A DNA stretch of 64,000 nucleotides from Eledone cirrhosa (taxonomy: Eukaryota). Location of the stretch: NCBI GenBank assembly GCA_964016885.1, contig OZ024743.1, forward strand, positions 265,360,001 through 265,424,000, in the 5' to 3' direction. Each line of letters begins with the position of its first letter. Within the stretch, counting starts at the first letter, position 1. This document shows, in pieces, positions 27,812-42,450 of the stretch. The position numbers and the translations under genes were made by a program. The notes below the pieces were generated by a model. It saw only the letters and a list, made by a program, of their open reading frames with translations, was not told the origin of the DNA and did not search any database.

Positions 27812-30417
27812 TGTCTCATTCATTCTCAACCCCACACTCATCGACACAGTCTCAACCTCCTTCATCAAATCCTCTGCCTCCTTCACTCTATTTGTCACCA
27901 AAACTATGTCGTCGGCAAATTCACCATCTGTTACCGTTTTCGCCTTAACTCTCCTGCTCTAAGCCGGTGCTACAGTAAAGCCAGAGTCCTGTTGTTTCTC
28001 CAGTGCAAGGCGCATACAATAGTCGACTACGCTGATAAAAAGGTAGGGAGCCAATGTATCTCCCTGGCGCACTCCAGCCAGTATCTCAAAATACTCTGTC
28101 ATCTCATCAGGTGTAATGACTTGGGGTTTGGTGTTGGTGTAGAGGAGTGATATCAGATCCACTATATTCTTGGGGATTCCATAAGCCAGTAAGATCTTCA
28201 TCCGGCATTGACGGTCAACAGAATCAAAGGCCTTCTTAAAGTCAATGAAAACCATGACCGCAGGAAGGCACTTTGCTCTAGTTCCCTATAATATCCTCCT
28301 CAGCATAAGGATGTTACTGGTGGTTGATCTCCTTCTCTGAAGCCGTTCTGGTTGTCCGTGAGCTTCTTCTCCATCTCAGGCTGGATCCTGTTGAGGGTCT
28401 TTGCCACAAGTGACGTCAGTGAGATCCCTCTGTAGTTGTTGGTGTTAGAGAGATCTCCCTTCTTTGGCACTGGGACGATGTTACTGATCCTCCACTGATT
28501 CGGGGCAACTCTTTTTCCAGTGCCTGGTTACAGAACCCCAGGATGATATCATCAAAATCACACCTCTTCATCACCTCTTAGGCCACTCCATCTTCTCCAT
28601 CAGCCTTGCCCTCATTGATCTTCTTCTTGGCTCTCTGAAGCTCCTCTCTGGTGAAGGGCTCTGTCTCAATATCCAGTTCTTCAAAGAACCGCCTGATCTC
28701 CCCAGTACTCTGTGCTGTGGAGGGTGGCTCTCCTGGTAGGGTCCTAAAATGGTCTAGCCATTTCCTCTTCCCATCATCGGGTCCCGTTCCCTTCTCTTCC
28801 TCCCTGTGATCTCGTTGATGATCAACCAGCTCTCCTTACATCCATATCTGTCAACCGCTCTCTCCACACTTCTGATCTTCTCTATCAGTGCCTCCTCTCT
28901 GGCCTCAATGTAAGCGGTATAGAGTTCTTCCCTCATCACCTCCACAGTCTCCATCCTCTCCTCCGTAGGATCAACATAGAATTGGTCCTTGGCAGCTTTC
29001 GGGTGTTCTCTGGCTGCAGACACTTTTGGGTTTGCAGAGCTGACGTGCTCCCTTCTGTTCTTCTTCCTCGGCACCAGGGTTTCATTGTCTTCCGCCACTG
29101 CATTGGTGAAGTGCCCGTACCTTCTCTTCACATTCTCCTCAGTCCATCTCTCTCTTCTGTCTCTCCACACAGAGCACTGAACCTGTTCCTCACTTCCACT
29201 GTGAACCTCTCCTGTAGCTTATCATCTTCCTTGAAAGCTCCCTAGTCATAGATTGCTCACCGGGGCTGAGCATTGCTCTTTCTTAAGCTCACCCGGACCT
29301 CACTCATAACAAGCCGGTGGTCACTACCCAGTGTACTGAAATAGTTGTATGGTTCTGTGTTCAGAACACTATTCCGCCACTTTTTCCTCACCAGAATGAA
29401 ATCAATCTGGGACTTGGACAGGTGCATATCTGAGATGTTGGTACACTTCTTCTCCGGATTCTTCCTAAACCTTAGGTTGGTCGCTATCAAGTTGGACTCC
29501 AGCAGGGTGTCTCTCAGTAGCCTTCCATTTCGGTTGGTGTTGTTATGGAAGTACCAGCAAGGATCTTCACTTCCCTCCTTACTCAGATGTGCATTGAAGT
29601 CCCCCGAAACAAACAGGATGTTGTGTGCTTGAGTGGTGTTGACAGCTCTACACACCTCCTCATGGAACACTTCCGCACTCACATCACTGTCTCCCTCGTT
29701 TGGACTATAAGCTGAGATGACTGTCAGTCTTGGGTTTCCATTGAAGGTCACCCTCAACACTCGCGGGGAGACAAACATTATTTCCCTCACCAATAGACTG
29801 GTTTTTGTGCTGAAAACAAAACCCACTCCTCTCACTGCAGCATTGGTCATGTTCCTCACTGCTGATATGGTGATGAGCTGGCTCCTCTTTCCTATCGTCA
29901 CACCCCTCTCGGGCTCATCGTGTAGGCTCCTGTGTTCTTGGATCGCAAGTATCTGTATACTACTCTCCCTGAAAAGATGTTACAACTCCTCTCTCTTCTC
30001 CAGCGTCCGAATAGTCCTCACATTCAAAGTTCCCATTTTGATGGCTCTTCTGCAGGACAAAACTGCATTCTTTACATTTGTCTCAGAGAGAGCTGATCCA
30101 TCATCTACTGGCCCTCTCTGTGGCTCTAAGCCAACAGAGTCATAACGTCCAGACTGCTCCTTGACAGTGTAATTAGGGGCTCTAATCCTAGTGCTGTTAG
30201 ATCGACTCTCATATTTCTTTTCAATGGCTGACAATACCTTACCGGCGCCACTCGAATAAGGTAGTTATGTAACCCATAAATGGGGCCCTAACAGGTACTA
30301 CTACTCCAGAGCGGACCTGGGAGTTATGAAAACTAAGGGGTAACTCCACATTTCCGACAACTCCTGAACTCCCGAACTGGAGCCTTGCCACTGGATGTAG
30401 TTTAATGTCATACCCAA
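27812..30417 (-). mobile_element. RTE LINE 5' portion (5' UTR, APE endonuclease, RT up to FADD), inverted
   Basis: GTLNVRTI, SAYSP, GDFNAH, IDFIL, SDH, DFKKAFDSV, GVRQGDTLAPYLF, EFADD, GLRMNET. Contains stops and frameshifts. Confidence 0.92.
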
Positions 30418-31056
30418 ACAAAATATCATGTAGAGAATGTTGAGAAGCCAGAGTGGATCACTAATGTAGGCAGGAAGCCGCTAGAATTGGTTGAGGACTT
30501 TCTGTATTTTGGAGCAAAGATTGGGAATACGGAAGATGATGTGTTTGAGAGGAAGAGCAAAGCCTGGGCGGACCTTCGTAAAGACCTGAAATCGGATCTT
30601 CGTAAAGGCCAGAAAATCCGCCTCTTGATTGCTGTAGTGGAGTCTGTGCTGCTGTACGGGTCTGAGACTTGGACACTGACCAAGAAACTCACTCAGATGG
30701 TGGCTGGGTGCTAAACGAAATTGCTGAGGATGGCTCTGAACATTAATCAGTATACACTGAGGATGAAAAACTCAGAGCTGTATGGGAGCCTCGCTAAAGT
30801 CAACTCAAACGTAACACAGAGGTGACTGAGGTTAGCTGGACATGCTCACCGACATCCAGAGTTGACATTGCACCCAATGCCCCTGTGGGAGTCCCTACAT
30901 GGACACACTGGAAGAAGAAGACCAAGGTTAACGTATGTTGATGCCCTAAGGACAGACACTGGTCTGTTGGAGACGCGGGAATTGGCAGCGATAATGAGGG
31001 ACAGAGACCGCTGGAGAGAACTCCTCCATGGATCTCAGGAATGTTACCCGCCCTAG
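30418..31056 (+). mobile_element. RTE LINE 3' portion, direct orientation
   Basis: TKYHVE...LELVEDFLYFG, LLYGSETWTLT, GRRRPRLTYVD, RDRDRWREL. Confidence 0.9.
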
Positions 31057-31178
31057 AAAATATTATATATATATTATAAGAACAGATTAAAGTTTAAGCA
31101 AATAATCGCAGATTTCACCCTTATACAATCCTTATCAATCGAGCCCTCTTCGGATTTCAGTTTTCACATTTATTATTA

Positions 31179-31222
<44 letters not shown>

Positions 31223-31643
31223 GTATATATATATGATTAAAACTGTTTGTGAACGTTCTAAGGATATGACACTTCATTTTATCATAAATATTTCGCATTT
31301 CTCGTTGCGATTGAACATATCGGCATGAATTACATATACCTTATATGAATTACCCTTCAATCTATTCAGTGATATTACGTAATGCGGATTCAATATCTGA
31401 AATATACGCCCAGAGGAAAGCGGGCAAGATTTATAACATATACCCATGGGAAATTTCATGATATTTCATATATTTGCTAAAATACGTTAAACATATTGCC
31501 GCATATTAAATGTTTAATATATTGGATTCTTGCCCCATCAAATAGCCATAACTGCTTTAATCATAGTCTTATATTCTTTAATTCCGATTCGAATGCAATT
31601 CACTTTCACTCTCTTTGTATTTTACTCCCTCTTTCTTTACGTT

Positions 31644-31685
<42 letters not shown>

Positions 31686-32177
31686 CCATCATACACACAC
31701 TCTCTCACAAGCATACTCACACCCTCAAACACACACACACACATATCATATACACACACATATAATATGTACAAACACAAAAACGCACACAAACATACAG
31801 GAATATATACATAAATATATGCGTACACCCATCCATTCATACATACATAAATACATACATACATCATACATATATACAAGATGGCAGCCACCTATGATCG
31901 AGTATGTCTATCAAACGATATCAGCTTGATTCTTGTGGTTGCTGCTAACGCCAATTGATTTTGGGCCAGCAATTGACTTAACGTATTTTGCATAGAGTGT
32001 GCAGGTGTGCAATGCTCTCTATATATTGGGCCACAGCATCATCGAGTATTATTGAGCCGCAGGTTTTACATCAGTTTCCCTCTCCTAGAGAGATATCCGA
32101 ACGAGCCGTATGTGTTTCTCACACTCAGTTGGCTTACTGCTTATTCAGACACCAGCCTGAGTATGTATATATCAATG

Positions 32178-32259
<82 letters not shown>

Positions 32260-33188
32260 CTATTGAATGGACATTTACTCTCGTGAATTTCTCCGCCAAT
32301 TCGTCGAGTTTTGTTTTTCATCATACAGAATGTTCAATGTCACCCTCCTAACCAAGCAAGGTTGGGGGGGGGGGGGAATCAGTTAACTCACAAGTGCTAC
32401 TGGTAACATGTAAGATATTACAACTTGTCACATGATCGAATCATCGACGCCTAAACCGGCAACCCTACATACATATATACATACATCATTTTTATTCGTC
32501 GTATATATTTAGTTTGCAACAATAATTTCCTTACGTCCATTAATATTTCTAGACACATTTAGGTCTCATGAATATAGTGACACCGATAGTAGCCCTATAA
32601 TTTGCCTGTTCTTCTAGTAAGCAGCAAGGAATAGTGAGAATGATGAAACTGAAAATTTGCCTTCACCTATTTAAAATTGTTTAAATGTTAACTCAAGGAT
32701 AAGTTCATAGTTTATTCCACGGGTTTCCTATCATGTATGCATATTGGTTCAACATCTCTAGTCAATTTTCAAACTATTTATATTCCTTTTATGGGATTTT
32801 TATACGATGATAGATTTATCAAATAATGTTTTTCTATCAGCTTGTTTAGTGTTCTGTATTGTAAGATGCTGTAATGGCTCCTTGTTGTAAATATATGGAA
32901 ACTGAGGAGGTTTGAAAGCGTTAATGGATTTGGAACATTACTGTTCCAAACTAAACATTAAGAACTAATACGGAAATATGAAAAACTACTAATATAAAAG
33001 ATTAAAGTCGAACAGAGCCGCGCATTCAGCATAACATATATACGCGTGTGTATGGTACAACCAACGACATGACTAACTATATATATATATGCCACTCATG
33101 AATTTATGTACGTAGATACATACACATACATACACACACACAGATATATATATATATATATTAATAAATATATGTATATACATTAATG

Positions 33189-33287
<99 letters not shown>

Positions 33288-33402
33288 CTGTACATGGGTT
33301 TGCCCATTATAATGTGCGGTATCGTTTCACTTCAAGTTACAAGGTTTCATATAATTATAAGCGTTTTATATAATTGCTTCTCCATACAGGATGTCAACGT
33401 AC

Positions 33403-33518
<116 letters not shown>

Positions 33519-33883
33519 TATATATGTGTATATATATATATATATGTAATATATATATATATTATATTATATATATATACACATATATATGCATATATAT
33601 ATATCAATCTATATAAATATACGTTCCTCAATCTCTAACGTTTTGTGGTTACTCAAACATACTGATATCGGGTCAAAGTGCAGCAACCTCTGATTATGCA
33701 TCTATCAATTTTCCTTGCTGTAGCTCTATTCCACTTAAGTAAATTATCGAAAATATACATTTTTCTTTTCTGTTCATGAAGACTCTTGTCTTCAGTCATT
33801 TATCGAAATTCAACACATCGTATATATTCTAGCATTATATAATGACAATAATAATAATTTTCTCTTAACGAAAATAATGATAA

Positions 33884-34062
33884 TTTGTTCTACTTATTGG
33901 CACAAGGCCAGCAATTACCCAGTACATTACTGGTACTTTATTTTATCGACCCCGTAAGGATGAAAGGCAAAGTTAACCTCGGCGGGATTTGAACTCAGAA
34001 AGGCAAGGGCCGTAACTCTATGCGTCAAAGCATGGCGTGCGACCCTTACCGATACTGCCAAA
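33884..34062 (-). mobile_element. SINE (14521 family)
   Basis: Reverse-complement similarity to 14521-14706. Confidence 0.85.
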
Positions 34063-35725
34063 TGATAATAATAGTCAAAACAATTGTAAAAATATTTTAT
34101 TTGCTACAAAGGGTTATTTATTCAATAGAAACCGTGCCTGTTAAAATATGTATTACAAATCGTATCGGACAGGGAACACACACACGCACACTCACAAATA
34201 GAGATGCATACGCTCAAACATATTTTAGCAACACAGGCTAGACAACTATCTAAGACGAGGGTTTTTTTAGTACCCACCTTAGTTTTTCTATATATTAAAG
34301 CCTGGTATTTTCAGGACAGCGTGCGAGTATCTCCGTTCTAATCTCTTAAGTGTGATTTGTTTCAGTAGTACATCATTTAATTTTTCTATACATTCAGATC
34401 CCGTCTCGTCCACAAATTTTGGAAGTTTAATAAAATATGACATGAAGTTACAAAACGTACTTATAAACCAGGGAAATAAAATATAATTTAAAAAGTTACC
34501 TTCATTTTAATGGCTTTTTCATTGCGTGTTCCTACAAACACGCGTGTTATACATTCACCATCATTAGTAAAGTGTATACGGAAAATTATAACGTAAAGAA
34601 ACACTGTATGTTTGTAAGAATATGTATTTCTATGTGTGTCTATATATGTTTGATGAAATGTGTCGTTTACTGTAGGTTGATACGTTTGATTATGTGTATA
34701 TATCTGAGTGTTTTATACGTTGTAATTTTACATGCGTGTTTGGTATGCTTTTCAGAGTTTAAGATTTTATGTCTAACTGAATGCCTGAACTTGTTTGTAT
34801 GTGTCGCAGTATTTGATTGCAAGTGTATGTTTTTCTCTCTATATGCGAGTATGTGTTCGTGTACTTGATCGGTGTACGTCTTGCTTTGTGTGTTTGATAT
34901 GCACGTGTATTTATTGGCTAGCTTGGTGTGCTTGTTTTCGTTTGGATCTGTGTGTCTATTTTTGCAGGTTTATGTGTGTTTATGTGTGTGTGTGTGTCTG
35001 CGAGTGTCAGTGTGTTTATATGGCTTTTGATCTTATGCGTGTGTACTTTTGCGTGTGAGTGTTTATGTAATTGTATGAAGTGTCATATTTTGTAAAAGGG
35101 TTTATTTCTCTCTCTCTCCCTCTCCCCCTCTACTCCGCTCTCTCTTTCTCTATTTCCCTATTTGTCTCTATCTCATATTCTAGAGAGTGTGTGAAAGAAA
35201 ACTCTATAGTGACTAAAGTTGTTTTTGATAACAGGTCAACTCTATTCAAGTTCATGTGAAAGAAACAAGAAGCAAGCTTGGTTGGCTTGTTGGCCTGTTG
35301 GTAATGTTGATGGTTATTCACGATTTAGCCTGCAGTAATATGTAATATGACACGTTTTTTGCGCCTTAATGACAAAAACACAACTTCTCACGCCACCATA
35401 CTCATCACCGTACGTTTTATCGGTGCTTCGTTATTTGAATAATTTTCGGATTCATGAAGGATGTACACAAATGAACAGACATATAAATGAAAATAGAAGA
35501 CAAAATGTAAAATGTAAATGTTAGTAATCTAGTCCCTGTATTAAGTGAATAACGACATTTTGATAACGTTTCAAAACATTTTGATGTTTCTATCAACAAG
35601 TATTCTTCTCCTTTCATACATTCTTTAATTTTTTATATTATTATATAAATGATTTATGCAAGTTCCGTCACACACACACACACAGACGCACACAAATTAA
35701 AATGCGTATATATATATATATATAT

Positions 35726-36553
35726 AGATGTGTCTGAAAAGTAACAGGGCATAGTATGTTGTGTGAGCTATGAGTAAGTAGGGATTAGCGGTTTGTATCG
35801 CCGTATGACGTAATACCCGAGAATATAACTGTGATCTCATCACTCTGCTGAGATTATATGTTTTGGGGTATGCTTGTATTAACAGCAACTCGATTGTAGT
35901 CTGTCTAGCGATGGAAACGGAGCAAGAAACCAACCAGAAGTCTCTGGTCCGGCTGGGGAAGACTCCACCAGAAGCACTCGGAATACGGCAACAAGTGTAC
36001 GGAGAAGATAAGATGGCTTTTTAAAGGAACGCGAAGACGTATAAGGTGATCACAGTTGCGGGAGGCCTTCAACGATCAGGACTGAGGCCAATGTTGAGAG
36101 CGTGAGGCAGGTGGTGCGTGGTGATGGTCGGCCGACTGTTTGACTGATATCAAGTGACCTGGGTATAAACCACGACAGCGTTTGGAAGACTATCATCAAA
36201 GATTTGGGGATGCGGAAGATCGCCAGTTCACAACGCCCTGGGCATCCATTCTCGGTTCCTGGCCGAGAGGAACATCGCAGTACTGGAACAACCCCTTTAT
36301 TCACCTGATCTTGCTCAATGTGACTTTTTCTTCTACCCAAGCTCAAGGAGGTCATCTAGGGAACCCATTTTAAAGGCATGGTTGCCATCAAGTTGGTCAT
36401 ACGAAGGAGCTGGGGGACATCCCAGAATAATCTTTCCAGCAGTGCATTAAACTCGAAAGGGATAACTCTGAAAGGGGAACCATGTTATTTGTTGTTTGGA
36501 ATTGAAATAAATTATGTGTGACACCAGTCCAGTAACTGTTACCACACACTTCG
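35726..36553 (+). mobile_element. Degenerate mariner derivative related to 13728-14512
   Basis: METEQETNQKSLVRLGKTPPEAL from 35911, plus decayed YSPDLA and GDYFEG regions. Right TIR tgtgacaccagtccagtaactgttaccacacacttcg-TA. Confidence 0.8.
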
Positions 36554-36571
36554 TATATATATGTCTATATA

Positions 36572-36865
36572 GGATTCTGTCCGTCGATTGGTTATTGATT
36601 AGGCGATACTCGCTGATGAAGCCGCATAAGCCGATTCTGCATCGTTACATAATATATGCAGGCAGATGGTGCAGTGCACCTTACTGCTGCATTAGTACCG
36701 CAGAAACTCGAGTCCAGGAACCTTATAGGCACCCGTTTTACGTGTGTTGTGTTGAGGCAAATAACTTTGTGCTTACTCTGGTAATGTATCTTACATTGCC
36801 CATGGAGTGCGCTGAGATACAACCGGTACTGATATCGATAAATATGCTGGGTCCGTCAACCCTTA
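36572..36865 (+). mobile_element. pLTR-like solo element with hammerhead motif, between (TA)n tracts
   Basis: CTGATGA(36613)...GAAAC(36703)-TCGA-GTC and tail motif atggagtgc. Stems I and II are imperfect. Confidence 0.6.
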
Positions 36866-36869
36866 TTAT

Positions 36870-36920
<51 letters not shown>

Positions 36921-36922
<2 letters not shown>

Positions 36923-37098
36923 TTTATCCCGGGTTCAATCGGGGGTAACCACAGTAAGTAGGGTACTCAATACATGGCATAGTATTAATATTTAATATAG
37001 AAATGGCTTCTAGAGGACTAGAAGTGTTTCATTCTGGAGAAATCATCAGGATCATCAGGATCATCTCTCCATAATGAAACAGTTCTAGTCCTGTAGAA

Positions 37099-37103
<5 letters not shown>
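36921..37103 (-). mobile_element. Mini fold-back HHR element with tail
   Basis: Arms 37003-37040 and 37066-37103. The minus strand reads CTGATGA-tttctccagaat-GAAACACTTC. The tail is shared with 14715-14810. Confidence 0.75.
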
Positions 37104-37154
<51 letters not shown>

Positions 37155-37155
37155 C

Positions 37156-37365
<210 letters not shown>

Positions 37366-39651
37366 ACCCAGGTATCATTGTGTGATTAAAGAGCTCATCG
37401 CAAACCTCGTGGTTCAGGGTTCCCTACCATTGCGCAGAAATTTAAGCAAATGTCTTATATTATAACCACCTGCAGGTCAGTTTGTTCTAAGACGTATTTT
37501 TAAAATGAGATGCCTTTGCTTTGAAAATAATTGTTTCTACTTTAGGCACAAGGCCAGCAATTACCCAGTGCACTTACCTTGGTACTTTATTTGCTTTGAA
37601 AATAATGGTGTACAAACACTTGCAAATAATTCTTTGAACCCAGGATGTCATGTTGCATTTTGGAGAATTTTTTTACTAACAGTAAGGTTGCATTATTCCG
37701 TAAACGGATACACAATACATTTGAAACATTTGATATATGTGGTGTGCGTGTGTTGTGTTTGCCTGTACAAAAAGAAAACGTATGTGATGTCCAGCAAGAA
37801 ATAGAATCTCTTGTGGAAGAATATGAAGTGTTTCTTCTGGAATAGACTAACCAACTTTGGTAACCCCCCCCCCCACACACACACACGTCTTTGGTTTATC
37901 GCTCTTACTAGTGGTTTTAACAAGTTGCATCATGCACAAATTCCTCACCAGAAAGAGCTGCGGATGTTGAAATATACCTTATGGCAGCAGTTCTGACATT
38001 GATGTGTGGAGAAGTATTTTAATGTGGTTTTTATATGTAATAATAGAAGTAGGGGGGTATTATATCCCTAATATATCCTTGTTACATTCATATTCAAAAT
38101 GGAGCTCTTACTAAAGGGGAAATGATGTGTTGAATACGTGATTGTGACAAAACTTATCAGGAATATGAGACAATCACATGCCTACGTCCAGTATTTAAAC
38201 CTTTATGAATAAGCCTAGAAACGGATTATGAAAGCCTAGAAAATACCAGTAATATGTTCTTTTACGGATGATCTTTGTCCATTAAATGTGAAGGTAGAGC
38301 AGCGAAATGTTTATCTATGTTATTAATTAATTCATTAGAATATGATAAATAAAAATTACAATGTTAAAATTGAAATATCTTTCCGATCAACGGAAAAGGT
38401 TGATGATATTCAAAATTATTTTTTTTTAATGAAATGTTTCTATCCATTATGTTGAGTATAGGTTTATGGCACATACATACATACTACATTCATACACACA
38501 CACGACTGACAACCTCACCAGTTGCTATACAAATGTTCATAGCCATTTTGTTTTCATTGTTATATAAAATATTAAATTAAACAGCTTATGATTAAAAACC
38601 ATTAATAGAAAAAATAATTAATAGAAATAATTCTTTGTAAATCTATATGTTTTTATTGACTTGAGATTTATTGTCAGTGAAATAGCTTTTGATCGAAAAA
38701 CCAATAAGGAAATGGGAAAGTTAACGATAAAAACTCAACATGGTTCTTACTCCTAGATAGTTGACATCTTCTCTGTTGGAAATAATACGATTGTTTGTAG
38801 TTCATTATCAATAATATGAAAAGTGTTTTGTACAATATTTATTAAAAGTCTTTTTAGCAGATATTTCTAAAAAAGAGTAAAGGGAAAGGTGAGAAAAAAA
38901 TAATGGGACATACGGACACACAAAAACATATATCAGGGTTCTCCCAAACGTAAAAGTTCTGATTTTCCTATGTATGACATGGTAAGGCAGCACCTCGTTG
39001 ATGTATATATCCGTATTGTTGACGACTGTCTGCTCTTACATACTTGTTTCAACATGATTGATTCAGTCTATCGTAAGATTTTGTTATTTATGAACAGAAG
39101 TGTTAATAATCTGTTACGTTTGCAATGCAGGCAAATATCGAACCAAGGTACGCGAACAACGTTTGTGTGAAATCTGAAAGTGAATATTTAATCCTTAACA
39201 CAAGACAACGAAAGGAAACACGAAAAACAACTTTTTAAAATAAATATACAAAGGACACAGAACACCAGTGTCATCGGCCGTTGAGATGGACTTTCATAGT
39301 TTCGACCTCTACCAACGGTACTGCTTGTCCACCCTGGGTCACAGCGTCTGATATAAGCCAAACGCTGTCCAGTTGTGTACGAGACGAGAGACAAAACATT
39401 AATATATAGCAATTAAGCTACAAGTACACAGGATTTTATGTCACGTATATATATATATATATATTTATATAGCAGCGATGAATTACTTTTGCGATGTTTT
39501 TTATGAGTCAATGGCAACATTGAGGACCGAGTAAGTTAGATTACCGATATAAAAGACACAGAAGCGAGAAGCGAAAACCAAGCAAACAGTGAGTGTGTTC
39601 TGTTATTAATTCTGGCAATATTACACAAATATGACCCTCCCCAAGTATATT

Positions 39652-39702
<51 letters not shown>

Positions 39703-39707
<5 letters not shown>

Positions 39708-39889
39708 GAAACACACAGATACATGCGAACACACACATATATACATGAATGCATCCGCACCCAACTGTGAGTTAAGGGTGCCAACTTCACCGATGTTGCT
39801 CAATGAATGACTGGGACAGACCAATTCAGTTTGAACCAGACTGAACCAGTATCAGAGTTAAAAATACATTATGAAGAGAGTTCATAATG

Positions 39890-39891
<2 letters not shown>
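39703..39891. repeat. Dispersed repeat (copy at 59053-59291) ending in a terminal mini-hairpin
   Basis: About 180 bp near-identical to 59053-59230. Ends tacattatgaa-gagag-ttcataatgta. Confidence 0.85.
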
Positions 39892-39975
<84 letters not shown>

Positions 39976-40173
39976 ATGTGTGTGTGTGTGTGTGTGTGTA
40001 TAGTGATTGAGAGAGAGATTTGTGCATGTAAAGCTATGTTGGTGCATCCAGAACTAAAAACCAGGAGTATTTAAACAGTTCCTGTCATCTGTTCTGTTAT
40101 ACGCGATGTGTCAAATTACATTACGCACACTCACACACACACAAGAACACACATACATATATATGTATGTATG

Positions 40174-40395
40174 TGAAAGGTAAACAGAAATAAAAACACA
40201 ATCGATACAGTATATGGAATGGATATATTAGTTTAGCGCTTGATATAGCAGGAAGAGGGTCTTAACGTTTCAGACGCTAGTCGTTCATCAGAAGAAAGAA
40301 TGAGAAATAAGATAGATTGAGAGGACGGGTGAGTTGGAATTGGAAAAAAATGTCTTTAGATAAAAATAAAAGGTCCATTCATGTTGAAATCTCTT
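40174..40395 (-). mobile_element. pLTR-like element with minimal hammerhead (copy at 60895-61118)
   Basis: Reverse complement of 40260-40295: tctt-CTGATGA-acgactagcgtct-GAAACGTTA-aga. Confidence 0.75.
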
Positions 40396-40525
40396 GCAAA
40401 ACTGTTGGTGCTGGCGTTTTGTGTATGATTTATTTTTTAGAAAAGTGGATGATGGAGCTCGTCTACTTGAAATGGAAAAAAAAAAATGTTTTGTAAAAAG
40501 AGCTATACACGTACAAGAGCTTAAG

Positions 40526-40602
<77 letters not shown>

Positions 40603-41864
40603 ATACTTCCGTACGAATCTAATCAGAAATATTTGTGTATATGTCAGTAAAGGAGTGTGTGTGCATGTAAGTACAAAGCTATGAGCAAAAGTATGTTAAT
40701 ATAAGGGTGTGTTCAGGCGGGGAGGGTGGATAGTGCTAGGCCAAAATCAATTTTCCACCATCATAATAAACGCCTCAAGATGTTCTTATAACATATTGCA
40801 TTGATTATCTACAATTTATAGGCAGGACCAATGTTCATTTCAAGAACATCAGCTTGAGCAGTATCTGGCAGTAGCAGATGTGGTCGGCTTTATAAACATC
40901 GATGTACATGACGTAATATTCTTATTCTGTTCAAACTCATTATTTTCCGACTGATCATTAAATCTGTTTGCATCTCCTACTCATCGCTTCAGTGATGGTG
41001 ACAGTCCACAAGTCTTCGCAGTTCTGATTATAACTTAATTTGTACACTTCAATGAAATACGTTTATGAATGGATCAGCTATTGATTTAGATTTATGTTTG
41101 AGTAGTTTGGATATCAAATCTCAATTGTCGTGTAATAGAAAGGGACACTTCTGTAACAAGATCTTCATTGATAGCATTCAGCTCATTGAACACATTTTGC
41201 AGCTGCGTTATGACAAATTGGATACTTCTTCTTAGAAACTTTATATGTTCTAACAGTTTATACACCTTCGCTTTACAATCAGTTGATATATTTGCAGAGT
41301 ACCAAGTTATTTAGAGAGGGCGGTAGTACCGTTGAATACTTACAGATATATCTCTGCAGTTTTTGAAATTGTTTTATTGTTAACGTAATGTCAAAGTTTG
41401 TCTTAACAGCTACTGGAATCTAACAACAAAATAGTGCAGTTGTTGTGTTGAGATGTTAGGAGTTGTATCAATTATCTAGGCAAACATAACTCTGACTTAC
41501 TCAGATATGCACTGAAATTTCTAATCCCAGATAACTAATACGATATTATTTTCAGAATTTGTTCTGATTTGTTCACAAGGACAGTTGCGTAGCCGGATAA
41601 CCAAATATATAAAGCATCTAACATGATAACTTTAATAAAAGTCTGTCAGATTATGACGAAAGATTATCCATTTAAATTGATAACTAATTAATTATACATA
41701 AATGAATTAGACTGAGTGTCGGAAGTGCGAATTCAATTATCAGCTGAGGCGCTTTCCATTTGCGTTTCATTTTTAAAAGGATATACTATCAGGCTTCCAT
41801 TACACTATATTCAGATGTCGTTTTTTCTTTCTTTTCACATTGTTGTTTGCCAGACACACGATAT

Positions 41865-42450
41865 AATCTTTATCAAGGAGGCGTAACAAGGAGATCCCTC
41901 TATAATTTGAAAATTTTTTCTTGTCCTCTAAATCTGGTAATACACTCCCGATTGCCTTTCCAAATATCCAGGCACCCCGGCAAACTCAAGACAACCAGAG
42001 AATACCTGTTGAAGGATTTTAACATATCGGACCGAATTTCAATGTCCTCAGTGGCCTTACCACATTTGATCTCATTATTGCTCTTGTGCCCTCACCCTTC
42101 ATGAGATTACTGATCGCCCCCAGCTACTACTGGAGTACATCAGAAAATGATGCTGTGACTGGGTTTAGATCAGCAAAGTATTCTCTCCATCTCGCGAGAA
42201 TACACCTCTCTGATGAAAAGAGAACATCAGATGTCTTCCTGATAGCAGATATGGAGGATGGCTCCTTGTTACGAATTTGGGGGATTTTCTACCAGAACAC
42301 ATTATTTAGTGATCTGAATTTAGATTCAAACTCAAGCCCAGAGTCCTCCCCTGTCTTAACTTTGGGGTCCTTTGCTGTATCTGTGGCGACGCTTGAGTAC
42401 CTGCTTCTACCGCTAGTGCAAGTAGGAGGGTTTATTTCCAAACAAAACTT
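41865..42450 (-). mobile_element. Old RTE LINE fragment
   Basis: Reverse-strand translation gives ILARWREYFADLN, GKATEDIEIRSDMLK, NYRGISLL. Confidence 0.75.

Noticed and set aside
31080-32160. Further HHR-like traces (reverse strand 31100-31160 and 32100-32155; also about 18255-18290 and 46845-46925)
   Set aside because: Core or stems are too degenerate to call individually, though they may be decayed members of the same system.
39180-39420. Structured GC-richer island with GAAAC and CCGATGA on the minus strand
   Set aside because: Motif order and pairing do not give a hammerhead. Left unassigned.
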